This document shows positions 27,968 to 41,100 of a DNA stretch of 64,000 bases, in pieces (position 1 is the first letter of the stretch; each line of letters begins with the position of its first letter). The notes below the pieces were generated by a model. It was given only the letters and a program-made list of their open reading frames with translations, was not told the origin of the DNA and ran no database searches. The stretch comes from Amoebophrya sp. A120 (taxonomy: Eukaryota > Protista > Dinoflagellata), in contig CAJINV010000012.1 of assembly GCA_905178155.1 (NCBI GenBank), forward strand, positions 2,196,166-2,260,165, read 5' to 3'. The translations under genes and the position numbers were made by a program.

Positions 27968-28073
27968 TGCTTAAGTTTATGCTCTACCAAAAAACGAATC
28001 TCTACTAAAAAAACGATGCTTAAGTTATGCTCTACAAAAACGAATCTCTACTAAAAAAACGATGCTTGAGTTT
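27968..28073. repeat. Tandem duplication of a ~46-49 bp unit
   Basis: tgcttaagtt(t)atgctctac(ca)aaaaacgaatctctactaaaaaaacga twice, plus a partial third copy. Confidence 0.85.
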
Positions 28074-28370
28074 ACGATTTTCTTGAGTTTAGGTCGATGT
28101 GCTTGAGTTTAGTAATTAACGAATTTGAGTTTGACACAAGAGCGGCAAGTCCTGCCATGAGATACATAAGGATTTGAAAATGAATCTTCGAAACGTAAAT
28201 TAAATCTGTGTGAAACTACACTTTTTATCGAGAAAGAATAAAAGTGAAACGAGGACTCTGATCGAAAGTACGTGTACGCTACCTTGCCACGACCACTCGT
28301 GGGAAACTTGCAAAATGGCACATGTCTAGAGTTTTTAGAAATCTACAAACATGACACGCCCTTGTCCTAT

Positions 28371-31300
28371 TTAGAAGTCAAAGTTCGCTCCGGAGAGCAC
28401 TGCGATGGCCTGGTGAATCGACTCAACCTCGCTTTCCATGGCTTCCTGGCGCACGTCAAAATTCTTCAGGAGAAAGTCGCAATCCTTGTGCAAAGCGGCG
28501 TTCTCGGCTTCCAGACCTGGGAGTAGTATAATTTCGAAATTATAGAAGTTTGCTCTTGTTGCACAAGCGGGGGATACTAGTGGTCGTGCTTCATTACTAA
28601 GTAGCCGCAAAGTTGCTACGGCACAGACACAGTGCAGAAGAGCTTGTCACAGTAAAGCATGCATGATCATATCAAGAGATATACCTTCCAGCTTCTCCTG
28701 TGCCTGGCTGAGCTCCAGGTTCTTCTGCTCCTTTTGCGACACCGCATCGGACTTTTCCGTTTCCTTTTGCGCGATGGCCTGCTTGGAGGTGTTGATGGAC
28801 TTTGTCGAGTCCGCAACCAGAGTCTCGTACTCCGTTTGCGCCTTCTGTTCGTCCTTTTTCGCCTCCGCAATGTCGTGTTTGCAATCGCTCATGATCATCT
28901 CAAACAGTCCGATCACGCCCGGCGCCTGCTCGCTCTTGCTGTAGGACGCCTGCTTCGGCGCCGGTTCCTGTTTCTGCTGCAAAAACGCCTGTCCGGGGAG
29001 GCCGCTGTTATAAAATGGAAAAAGGTCTGGGTCTGGAAGCTTGCTGGGTTTGTCATGCATATTTCGCATGTCCACTGATTGTCTGTGATGTATGCCATAG
29101 CATCACAGACTTCTAGAACACTCCCTGTTCATGATGCGATGCCTATTCCACATTAGGTATGCCGAACTAATTGAAATTTTTTCCGAATCCAGCGACAGCA
29201 TTACAAGTTGCAACCTTCCAGACCTAGACATATGTGCAATGCGTAGCCGTAGAACTTCGTCAATTTGGCTTTGGCTTTGTCCAACACCTTCAAGGTCAGC
29301 TCCTGGTTCTTCACCTCCTCTTTAAAGGCCGCGTTTTCCTCCTTGCGGGTTTCCGTTGCGGCAGTGTCAAAATGAAAAATCCCCCCACCCCACACTCAAA
29401 CTAGAAACTTGCGATGCGGATTTGTGGCCACAAATCAGCTTTGTCATGTAGAAGGGAAAAGATGCGGACTGTAGTGCTGGTTGGCGTGGGAAAGCCTTGC
29501 ACCTTCAGCATGACAGGGGGCAGCTGGAAGTGGGAAACAGCATGACAAATTGCCTGCAGACGAGGCCACAGCTGCGTCTCTTGGCCTTCTAGCATTACAA
29601 GGCGACTTGTGTACTCAAATACAGCATCACAAATTTCGTTTTCGATATGGGGAGGGGGGATTTTTCCTTTTGATAGGCAGCTACGGTTCCCTCCATCTCC
29701 TTGATGGAGGCCTGCTCGGCGGCGATCTGACCCTCCAGCGTCTCGATGTCGGACTGCAATTTCGCGATCGCTTTCTCGGTGTCTTCAATGAAAACTCCGG
29801 TGTCGGTTCGTGCGATCTCGTTGTCGGAGAGATCTTTGTTGCAGGTGTCTCGCTTCTCGAACTCTGCCTTCTTCTCTGCCGCAACTTCCTCGGCTAGTTT
29901 CGCCATCATCTCTTTAATTTTCGCGAAGGAGTCGAGCTGGGCAGAAATGGCCAAGGCAGAAAGTCTATGCATCGCAAAAGTTCTAGAATCGCACTAGTTC
30001 TTCTACGATCTAATGAAACAAACTACATTATACAGATTTGCAATACTTACTTGAGCTTCTAAATGCATCTTCAGATCCATGATCAGGAAGTCAATCTGTC
30101 ATGCATGTGAGAAGGGCCGAGTTCTTGTGCGAAAACAAAACTTCTACAACGCATAGAGCCTCTTGTCCCCGGTCTTTTTGGCGGCCTGCAGCAACTCCAT
30201 GATCGCGGCGTGCTTGCGCTCATTCTGCTGCTTCGAAGAGACGGAGGTTTGCAGGAAGGAGTAGTTCTTTGCGAAGATTTCACGAGACTCATCGGAGGTC
30301 AGGACACCTGCGTGGAGTTGAGTTGTTGTACAAATGGCAAAATTTAGATATAAGATTTTGATTAAAATTGAGGACGAGCCACAAGTTTCTGCATTCATCT
30401 CTAAAGCAAGGAGAGTGAGAGTGCGCCATGAAATCTAAAACTCGAAAAATCTTCTATACCAATCGCTTCCCCGACCGCCTTGATCTCATCGTTTCGGGTC
30501 TTTGACCTCTCCGCATGTCCGTCAATGGCGGTTTTGCACTTCTCTTCCAGCTATGCATTGCAAAAGTCTCGTACTAATTGCAATTATGCAATACAAATCA
30601 CCATCCCAAGGTAAAAAACCAGCATCACAAATTCCATTTGTCATGCTGAGGCGATTTGTAATGCAATTGCCACTAGTACGTTGCTTTTGCGATTCATACC
30701 AGCATGACCAAAAACTGCTCGTCCTCGGATAGTTGCTCCGTCGTCAATTTCTTGTCCTTCAATGCGTTGCTCTTCGCCACCTTCTATGGATTGCAAAAGT
30801 GTCTGGGTCTGGAAGACTGCATGTTTGTCATGCTTGTCTGGCATGACTCTTAAATCTGTCATGCACGCTACCCGAGAGCTCCATCTTTCTGTGATGCAGC
30901 CACGCAGTTTGTCACGCAGAATAGGCAACACGTAGAAGCTCAGAAACTTGTCATGCTGAGCCAGCACTTGCGTCCTCATCATGAGACGCCACGCAGCATC
31001 ACAAGTTTCCAGACCCAGACATTTTTACACTTGATACCTTCGCGTCCCCTAGCGCCTTCTGCGTGGCCGCCTTGTCCGCTTTCGACGCCGCAATCTCCTT
31101 CTCCTTTGCGGCGGAGGCTTTTTTAAAGTTCGCGACCGCGGTGGCTTCAGTGTCGACGCTGTCTTTTAATTGTTTGGAGAAGTCATCGTGCATTTGCTGC
31201 AAAACGCCGTAGATGCCACCAGACGCCGAGTTGTAGCTGTTCGCGCCCGCAACGCCGCCCTCCAAAGCGGTCGGTGCCTCGGGCTTCATCTCGGAGTAAT

Positions 31301-32268
31301 CACGCGGCTCCTGCTGCAGAAACCCGGGGTTCTTGTTCTTCAGGGAGCCTAAAACGGCCCAGAGGTCCTTCTTGAGCGCTTGGTCGAAGGAATGGCCGGA
31401 AGAAAGTTTCTCTTGCAGGAAAGAGAGCTGACGCTTCTGGCTCCGGTCGAGGAGGGCACCTGGGTAGAGAAAATTTGTAATGTGGAAAATCGACTTTAGA
31501 TCTAAATCATTGGAACCAGACCTGACCCGACAGTGGTCTCTCTTCATGGGAAGGGGATCAAAAAACGTTCTTCGCCGACTCCGAAAAGGAATAAACATTC
31601 AAAAGAACTCATCAGTACCATACCTCGTGTCTGCACGCCGCCCAGGACCTTCAGTGCCTTTCCTAAACTTTCTAAAGTGTCCTTCGTTTCGGCTTGGAAC
31701 TTTTCCGCCTCGGCTTTTTTATCCTGTGCAGAAGTATCGCACTCGTAGCAATTGCAGCTATGCATTACAAGTCTCTTCCTCAAGGTAAATGCGCATTACA
31801 AACATAATAGATTTCTCATGCTGAGAAAGTTTGTGATGCATTTCTACGATGAATACGATACTTTTGCAATTCGTACTTTTCCTTCGCGCGCAATTCCGTC
31901 ATCTGTGCCAGTTCCTCGGTGTCCGCTTTTATTTTCGCCTCTAAATTCTTGATCTCTTCACTCAACGACGCAATCAACCCGGTCTGCTCGTCAATCACAC
32001 CGTTCAATTTTTCAATTTTCTTCTGCGCCTTCTCCACGGCTTCGGTCTTCTCCCCTCGGTTTTGCCTGCACCAGCACTCCATCTTCTTGAAGAGTCGGTC
32101 GTCCTCCTTCGCCTCGGCCTCGAGCGTAGTTTGCATTTCGTCGAGGAGCTTCAACACCTTCTTGATCGGGTTCTCGCCAGCGGTTGATCTGGAAGCGGAA
32201 GCGGGCGCTAGAGTGGCGGCCAACAAGCCGGCCGTGACCCCGGCGCCAAAACGATGCCGCATCCTCAT
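28371..32268 (-). CDS. Secreted long coiled-coil protein of unknown function; 6 introners plus GT-AG introns
   Basis: Signal peptide, ENPIKKVLKLLDEM...MECWC, repeated (S/A)FLQ linkers, SGGIYGVLQQM, GVIGLFEMI, C-terminus AIAVLSGANFDF*. Confidence 0.82.
29009..29245. mobile_element. Introner-like TIR element, family A (aged)
   Basis: Flanks gctgt/gccgt; tctgggtctggaag / cttccagacctaga. Confidence 0.85.
29365..29675. mobile_element. Introner-like TIR element, family F
   Basis: Flanked by ggcag; left end is TGT. Confidence 0.88.
29966..30155. mobile_element. Degenerate introner, family D-like
   Basis: tatgcatcgcaaaag...gcata; flanks aagtc/gagcc; removal gives KRL|SALAISAQ. Confidence 0.72.
30552..30698. 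mobile_element. Introner-like TIR element, family D
   Basis: Flanked by ccagc; family D TIR. Confidence 0.9.
30785..31036. mobile_element. Introner-like TIR element, family A (young subfamily)
   Basis: Flanked by ccttc; interior very similar to 16713 and 46301. Confidence 0.92.
31720..31875. mobile_element. Introner-like TIR element, family D
   Basis: Flanks ttttt/ctttt; removal gives RAKEK|AEAEKF. Confidence 0.87.
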
Positions 32269-32706
32269 ATGCGGTTTTTTCCTCTCAATCTAAATTCTAC
32301 TGCAATTCGATGAAAATCAAAATTCTACAAAACTGAAAACGAACGAGAAGTTCCTAGTCGTCTTGGTTTCACCACGCAGATCCTTTTACTGACGCTGATC
32401 GTGGAAACACACACGACACTTGAGAAAAGACCAACAGATCTTAACCAAGGAATAGGCACATCAAACGACGGACCGATCGCAAAACTAAAATTTAAGTATG
32501 TCAAACAGAGCCGCGAGCGCGAAGAAAGAAAAACACGAAGGTGGTTCCCAGCCGGAAGAGCCATCCGCTTTTCAGCTCCCCTATTGCATTCTTTAGATTC
32601 TTAAAATTGTACGTTGTCTTTTGTGTTCATCATGATCTGATATCGCAAAAGGTTATTGTACAGATGCGTTTTTTTTTTATGCATGATGACATCGACGCCT
32701 CGACCT

Positions 32707-35700
32707 TCAAGAAGCAAAATAGCCACAGTCTCCTTCTCTTAAAAACTTCGCGCCAAAAACCTCCGGGTCGTTAAAGCTGTTCCATTCTACCTTGTCAAAA
32801 GAGACAAAGCTCCCCTCCTTCGAGCCGGACGTATTTTCACTGCCAAACACATCCCCCAATAGTGGGTTTTCACTCACTCGGAAAAACGCGTCGCCACCCC
32901 AGAATTTTGCGAGTTTCGGCGATTCAATCCAGCCGTATTGTTCCGCGGGCCAGTATTTGCAAATTCGGCCGGTCCTGCGCTGTGTCTGCGATTTCTCGTA
33001 GATAGTCGCAAGCATGGGGTCGGTGACGATTGGAGTTGATGTGCTGGTCGTGCTGGAGGCGTTTAGACTGTTGCTTCTGTTGATGGAAAAAGAAGGACGC
33101 TTCATCTGCAGAATTACTGGCTCCTCATTGGCTTCTATGGTTCTGTCCTGTTGGTATTTTTTGCTCGGGACAAGAACCGCTTTCTTGTTGACTTCCGAAG
33201 GTGCTTGCGCGGCAGCAACAAGAAGCACGGTCGCAGCTTCTATCTTTTGCTTACCGTTATTCCCTGCCTCCACTTCTTTAGATTTCTGTTTTTGCAACTG
33301 CTTCCTTAGCCTCTTTTTCTTGCTCTTCGACATAGGCGGTGGTTGACCGGCTGTTTTTAGATCGACGGTGTGCTGATGTTTTGCTTCGTCTGGATCTTTA
33401 GATTTAGAAGAGGGTGAGGGCCCGCTTTTATTGAAAAGACGAGCGAGTGGTAGTTGTACAACGCCGCTATCGTTAGATTTAGATGTTTTGCTGTTCCGGG
33501 TAAGAACTACGTTGTTAAATACCACAGCAGAAGGAGCTGCTACAGCGGTCTCATTTATCCCCAGAAAAAAAAACACCCCCATCGATCCATTTTATGCATT
33601 ACAAACACTGGCTTTTTTTTACATGTTTTGCAATGACACATTGGATGGAGATGGGTGTTTTTCCCTGGATATCGTCTACATCCTCTCGACGAGACGACCG
33701 CTCCCGGAGGTGTGTTGCTTTTGTCTGCATCTTCTCCGTATTCTCTGCTGGTGCCCTGTTTTCGTTACCTCCAGCCGCACTTTTGTTCTTCGGAAGCAAA
33801 ACGACGACATTGGTGTTTTTCTTGTCTGCAGGCTGCTTGTTGTGCTTGCTCTGGTTTATTTGAGCAGGAAGAACTATCCCTGATTCACCATTGGAAGTCA
33901 TTGCCTGCCATCTAGGACTTTCGAGTAGAACTACGGACTGTTTCGTGACCGCGGAGGGTGCAGAAGATGAGTTATTTTTTCCACCTCCTTTTTGCTTCTG
34001 GTTCTGGATTCCCTTGCTCTTGATGTGTTGCGTCGCAAGACCACTTCTTGAAGCCGACTTTTCGTGCGGATCGTTATTTGCGTTTTGAAAATCTAAGTCA
34101 TCTACAGCCGCTGCAGCTACCAGAACTGGCTCTTTTCCGATATTACCGACGTCATTCCGCTTCTGTTGATTTGAAGGAGGTTCTACCAGAGCCGCCTCGT
34201 CCACTTTACGTGCATTCTTCCGTTGTGAAGAGGCTATGGGGCTTATGCGGCTGCTGCTTCCTCTTCTTCTTACAGGACTCGCAGCGGGGGAGGTTTGTTT
34301 CTTTTCTACATGATCTGCTCCGTGCTGGCCCCTCCGCTCCTGGTCCAGCCCGGTGCGGGAAACTTCTTTCTTCTTCGGCGGTAACGGAACTAAAGCGGTG
34401 TTGGAAAAGCGTTTTGGTTTGTTCTTCCAATCGTGTAGTTCTACGGGCGCAGGAGCGGCACCCGAGACTTTCATTGCTCCTTGCGCCGTCGAGAAAATCA
34501 GATCACTGCTTTTTCTCCTTGCTCCTGCGCTTTGTTCCTGCTCGTTCGTATCTCTCTTTCTCACGGCTGTATTTGTAACCGCCACTTCTTCCCCTTTGAT
34601 GTGTGGCAACGGGACCAAACCTCGACCAAAAGGTCGAGTAGAAGTACTATGCTGATCATCATGATCTCCGTTCTTGCCGCCCGTCGTGCGCTTGGGATCC
34701 TCTCGCCGATCACGATTTGGGATTTTCCTGCTTTTGTCCTCTCCGAGTGGCACTCTAGCAGCTGAAGTTTGATTTGGGCTCCTGTGCTTCTTGTTTTCCA
34801 CATCGTTTTTCTTGTTGGAAGAAGAGGAGCTCGAGCTGGAAGACCCACCAGAAGAAGAGGAACTTGAGGATGACGAACTGGTGCTTGAAGAGGCCTGCGC
34901 AGAAGTTTTCACGCGATCATTCCGGTTTTGCTCCTTGTTTTCACCGTGATCAGCACTCCGTCCCGCCTGTTGTCCATCTTTTTTCACATTCACAATCGCT
35001 TCCAACGCTGCGGTGACCACTTTTCCACTTTTCAACTCACCAACTTCAAGGTTGAATACCGGTGGATGTTGTCGGGTAGAAGTTGCATTTCCCGCATTCT
35101 TTTTTATTTCGCTGGGTCTCAGGTGGAGACTCTTGTCATGATTCCCAGGGCGTTTCATTTCTGGCTCTTGCACATTCTGTCGCCGACTGCGACCGCCAGC
35201 CTCGTCAACCTCCTTTGCAGACGGAGGACTCCGGTCCACTCGCGAAACAAGCGCCATCTTCGGTATAGTCGGCCGATCTGGAGGAGGCACATCTTCAGGC
35301 TTGTTCCGAGCTGCAGCACCGGAAGCCGGTGGTCTTTTATTTCCCTCAACCCTCGTCGTATTCGCATTATTATTTGTTGGTTTCTGTGTCTGCTTCTGCT
35401 CGGAGTCCGAAGACGAGGACGACGAAGATGAGGACTCAGAGGAGGAAAGCGATTCGACGGAAGACTCGACGGAAATCTTCGGCTGTGTGATGTTGTGTTG
35501 TTTCTGTGTAAAAATGTCGCGATCATTGCTCTTATTTCCGATCTGACCATTCTTGTTAGTACCCGCAGCACCACCTCCGCGCTCCTTCCGCTCCTGCATA
35601 TGGATGTGTCAGGATTGAAATCGGCAAAGTTGAAATAATTTGTAATACATAAAATGCAAGGCATGAAGTGCCTGTCTTGCCGGGATGGCAAATGAGGCAG

Positions 35701-36977
35701 AAGATTGTGAGCCTATTCACGGTTTGGGATAGAGCTGGTAAAGGAGCATGACAAAAGCAGTCTTCCTCTTCTGTGCCCAAACAGCATGACAAATTGGATT
35801 CTAGTGCTCCGAAAATTTGTCATGCGCCGCTTACAAATTGGGCTTCCAACTGGTATCCATTTTATGCATGGCAAATCATTTCAACTCTGTCAATTTCAAA
35901 CCTGACGCTTCCATACTGCAGCTCCCTAGCGTAGTCCGCCGCCGTCGCGGCTCGCGCGGCGCGATTTTTCTTTTTCTGCTCTTCATCCAGTTCTTCCTCT
36001 TCGCTCGTTTTCGGCCGCGGACGCTTGTTTACTCTGCTGCTGTTGTTGTTGGCCGGCTTGCTCGAGTTCTTGTCCTTGTTGTCAGTTGAGTTCTTCTCTT
36101 GTACCGGTGGAACGGTCGGTCGGTCACGAGAATTTACGTTTTTATCCTTTTGGCCAATATGTTGGGAAGGAGCTACAGCGGATTTACTTTCATCCGAACC
36201 ACTATCGCTTGGATCGCTCCTGCCAGCGCTTTGATCGCTCCTGCCACCACGACGTGGTTCCTTTTCTTCCTTCTCCTTCTGCTTCTCCGCGGCCTCCTGC
36301 TGCATTCTCCGCTCTCTTCGTTGCTTTTGATTGAGCCTTTTTTTCTTCTTTCCCTTTCGAGTCTGTTTGTTCGGATTGTTTATTTTTCCGATAGTCGTTG
36401 TTCTGTTATCGACGCCCCGCCCTTGTTGTGGTCCAGCACCACCCACCTGCCGAGGACTTGCTCTAGCAGCTGGAACATTGTTTCTCCGATTTCTATTGCC
36501 GCTCCGCGGTGACCTCCCGCGCTCTCTGGTCCCGTAGTTGCCATCGTCGTCCTGGCGAAGATCATGATTGACGTCATCATTGTCATCCCCAATGGGCACT
36601 GTGGATCTGCGTTTGTTCTCCGCGGCGGAAGACGAACCATTTTTTTTCTCTTCCCCGTCTCGTCCAGACGACGCGGAGAAAGCACTCGTCCGCCGTCGCT
36701 TGTTGCGCTTGTAGTTCGACGGGGCCTCCAGCAGGGATGAACCGTTTTGGTGGTGGTTCTGATCATGGTTGGACTCGTCGTGGTGGATAAGTTTCTTCGT
36801 GTCCTCCTCTTTGACCTGAAAATCCGCCTGCACTTCGGCCTCGTCGCGTTCGATCACGATGGTGGAGCGGTTCCGCCTACTAGCCGTGTCATCCCCGATC
36901 AACTCTAAGTCGCTAATATCGAGGTCGCTGGCAACATTATCGCGGTGGGAAGCAGCGGGAGATGAGACTGACATCAT
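32707..36977 (-). CDS. Large, mostly disordered hypothetical protein; possible C-terminal cold-shock/OB-like segment
   Basis: ORFs 35862-36977, 33599-35599 and 32707-33582 are joined by two introners; the C-terminal TGRICKYWPAEQYGWIES...DAFF resembles a cold-shock domain (weak). Confidence 0.75.
33556..33671. mobile_element. Minimal 116-bp introner-like element, family J
   Basis: tatccccagaaaaaaaaacacccccatc / gatgggtgtttttccctggata; flanks tcatt/tcgtc; removal gives EDVD|ETAVAAP. Confidence 0.8.
35599..35915. mobile_element. Introner-like TIR element, family B
   Basis: Flanked by ctgca; family B TIR. Confidence 0.9.
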
Positions 36978-38122
36978 CGCTGGGTGGTGCCTTCTTGTTC
37001 TGCGAAAATAAAAAAGGAATCAAGCTTATGTTGATGAGTTTGTACGTGTAGGTTAATCGACAAATAAATTTTGATCATCACATCTTCTCCGGGCTCGTTG
37101 CAAGTACAACTAGCTCTTACTATTCCTTCTTCCAGTGGGCACAATACCAGTCAAAACGCATATTACGGCTTATGAGGCGAGGGCGACGCGTTTTCGTGGT
37201 GCTGAAGCTAGTAGATCCGCATCGAGACTACAACTGCAACTGGGGCGATCTCAACCTGAGTCTACTTCTTATCTACCTGATATTAAGGCACTACGGCAAC
37301 ATCTACCATCCCTTATCAACCGGCGCTCGCTTATCTGCTCGTACGACCGAAAAAAACTTGCCTGTGCTTGCAACAGCACATCAGCTCAGAAACAGGAGCT
37401 GTGGTCTAGGAGTGGTGGTGAGGGTCTTGTCTTGCTAGCAAAAACTTACATCGCACCGACGAAATCTTTACCCTCCTGTACCTTGTACCTTTTACCTTGA
37501 CAGAGAGCAAATCGCAGAGTGTGGTTTCATCTTGCAATGCCCATGATGGAAAAAAACCTTTCGACTTCATCGAGCGAACAAGAACACGCATAATTCTAGG
37601 CACAGCAGCCACACTTCTGCGCGCGACAGCTAATGCAGCACCTCATACAACGTGCAGCTTTTGTGAAGATTGATGAGGGCTAAAGACTTTCTATTCATTT
37701 CCAAATAACGCAAAGACTGTTTGTGTTCGCATCTAATATGCGTACTGCACGAGGACCTTGTTGGTTCTTTATTCTTGGAGGAAAAGCTAAAACAGAAAGG
37801 GTCAGTCGTCGACACTACAGCAAAGTGGCGCAATGTTCTTCCTCAACACCTCCGAAGATGTTGCTCGTTCTTTGTTCTTGACCGAGTGGTGCCACACATA
37901 CCTTCATGGAACAACCATAAAATCAAAACGTGCAGTGCCTGTTCATTTGTAGATAATTTTTACGTAACAAGCGATAGCGAAAATCCCTCGCTGTCGAAGT
38001 GCCATGTTTTTGGCTTTTGGCCAGACAAGGCCGCGCGAACCAAAAATACGTGTATCCTGATGTTGTTGTCCCGAACATTTGATCCACGTTTTTACTGCGA
38101 CGACTTACTACGGGCGCAGCTT

Positions 38123-41100
38123 TCACACCGAAGCATCGGTGTAGTAGCCAGCATCGTCGTCTTCCTCTCCGCCATGGAGGAGCCCTTGTTCGGGTTCGCC
38201 TATATTAGTCGCCAAGAACGGGGCCGCCGGCCGCGTCTGGTTACCCGCGGCCTCAGCTGCGGTCTCAGAAGATGCGGGTTGTTGTAGAAAGGACGGGGCT
38301 GTAGGACGAGAAGCTACTGGGTTGTCATTGACCATTCCGTTGGCAGCACCCGCCGCTCCCCTAGCCGACGTTGCTGTTAATACCAAGTTGATTTTTCTCG
38401 GCACAGACACTACAGACGACACCGAGGAGCTCATGCTTGTCTCATCGAAGTCGCTGTCTTCATTGTCGTTTGCCCCTAGTTGTGCTTCCGGCCTCCTCGT
38501 GGTCCCGGGAGAGCCGGCTGAATAGGTTTTCTCCAACATCTTCCGGTCTCTGTTTTTGTTTCGCTCCTGCTCTAAGATAGAAGATGCTCCCCTTCTACTA
38601 CTTCCGGCAGCGATGGTTCCATGATTTCCAGAATTCCGGTAATTTGCAGAAAGCGCATAGTTGTCGTTATTCATCTCCTGTGTCACTCGTCCCTCCGCAG
38701 CCAATATGCAAAAAAAAACTGTGTTAGTGTAAGTCTTTTGGGAAAGCAGCGCTACAAGTTTGTCTGCTATGACAGGAAAAACTTGTGATGCGCAGATAGG
38801 AAGGGAAAACACATAGGAAGCGAGCCGATCACGCATGTCGAACATGGAAAGTGTAAAGTAACTGTTTTGCATTTTCTGCATCACAGATTTACACTTACAC
38901 AGTTTTTTTCTTGCATAGCCAACTGGTTCCACCTCGCTTGCTTTTCCAGCTCCCCCAGCAACAGAAACTCGTTTTTGTTCGTGAAAAAAAGCAGCATCAA
39001 GTAGAAATGGAAAACCAAAAACAGCACTTGCGGACAGACGGAGAAGCTGGGGATTGTGAGAAAATTGTCAGATAGCTTGGTATAGAGGTGTGTCAGCCTC
39101 TTCCAACTTTCATACGCCTGGAGCCGTTCTTGACGTTCTACTTGTAGTCGTCCCGCGTGGTTATGTTCAATACCAACCGCGCTTCCACTTGGAGGATCCA
39201 CATCTTCAGATGGCGGAGTCAATAATGAACTTCCGGCTGCCCGCGCGCCGGCTTCGGAGTTGTATAGCGGATCGTCCCCCGGCCCGACACCGGCGAAGGC
39301 TTCCCGCAAATCTACTGGCCCGTCAATCTGGTTAAACCCTCCCCGCATCTTGGAGTCGTAGAGGAGATCTGGGATGGCGAGCCCAGACTCCTCTAGGGGG
39401 AGGAGACTGAGGGAAGAGCGTTTTTTATCTGCATGATGCGGGTAGTAGAACAAGCTTTGGTCGTCGTCGTCGTGCCCTCGTCTCAGGTTCTGCTCTCGTC
39501 CACCGTCATGGAATTCCTCAAACACTTCCACGGATTCCTCCTTCGCAGACCAAACGGTAAACGCGACGTGAACCAGCATGAGTACCAACACAAGCATCGA
39601 AGTCCAGAACGAGGTCTTCGTTTTCTGGCAGCAGTGTTGCTGTGCGAGAAAAAGGACAAAAAGCAACAGCCCGCCACCGCAATTTAGCAGGGCCTGCTTC
39701 CCGACGGCATACGCCACGGCGTCCGTGACGCAAGTCGGCGGGCCGCGAGGTAAGTGGTATGCTGTGGGCTCGTGAGAATAAGCAGAAAAAATTGCCCGTA
39801 GGTCCAGGTACCCGACGACCCAACTGATGCCGTGAACTCCGCAGAAAAACCAGAGCGCGCTGAGAAGCAGGAGATATCAAATGCAAAAATGTCTACTGTG
39901 TCTGGAAGGTTGGAACTTGTGATGCTGTCTCTGGATTCTAAAAAGATTTGTATTGCATGACCAGCAAGAGGACTCCATTTTGTGCTACGCGGAGAGGGCA
40001 TTTCTCATGCGGTAGAGGTATCACAAAGCCCTCATGAAATCTGTGATGCTACGGCATGCATCACAGACATCATGTCTCATGGAAAATATGCATGACAAGT
40101 CTCCAAATCTTCCAGACCCAGACATTTTTGCATTTTATAGGAGGCACTTTTGGCTCACCAAGAGTTTGCGTCTGGGGCTTTGTCTCGACGACGACGAGAC
40201 AGTACTAGTGGTGGACGTCGAGGGAGGGGCTGGCTTTTGTAGTTCTTCGTCTGCCGCAGAAGTGGTTGAAGTTTCTTGACGGCTGTTCTCCTGGCCGGAG
40301 CCCTCCGTAGATGGTACTACGACCGAGCTGCCCTTCATCTCGGGATCTAGTAGTTCCGGCGGTGCGGATTGTGTTGCTGTGTTCTTCTGCATCTGCTCAT
40401 CCTTAAGTAAGGGTAGTTTTTCTTGGTTAATACTGTGGTCCTGCAGTTCTTGGTCTTCGATCTCGATGGGAAGAACAGTCGCGTCAACAGCAAAACCATC
40501 TTCACCAGCATTTACATCCTCTTCATAATCATCTTCGTCCACAACGATCCTTCTCCGCCTGGCCAGCTGGTACTGATTCTTTGCCGTGCGGTACACCCGA
40601 AAAAGTAGGTACACAAACAAATACAGCTGCAAGAGCAGGAAGGAAAACGTCCGTTTAGAGCATTGCATCTGGTACTGGAAAAAAGCCTCGCCCAGTTTCT
40701 GTCGCAGAACGGAGAATTTGAATTGTAGTTGCCGCGCAGAAGTACTTCCACCCGACATCGCGTCGTCGTCAAGGGCTTGGCGAGGGGATGAAGTTGAGGT
40801 CAGCTGCAGCTGCTCCGGAATAATGTTCTTGAAGTTTACCTGTGCGAAAGATAGCTTCGATCGGCTTGTTGCGCGGGGTGCGCCTCGAGCAGGAGCAGGT
40901 GGAACACGAGCGGGGACTGGAGCAACACGCTGTGCTGGTGCTTCTTGGTCATTTACTTGTTGCGCCGCGTCACCGTTCATCTCAGCAGAGCTCCTTCGGA
41001 ACTTTCTTCTGTCCGCAGCTAGCATTCCTGCGACTCCAGCGTAAAACTTGTGCACACTCACCCCATCTTCCAAAATCCCGACGATGTTCTTGATTCGACT

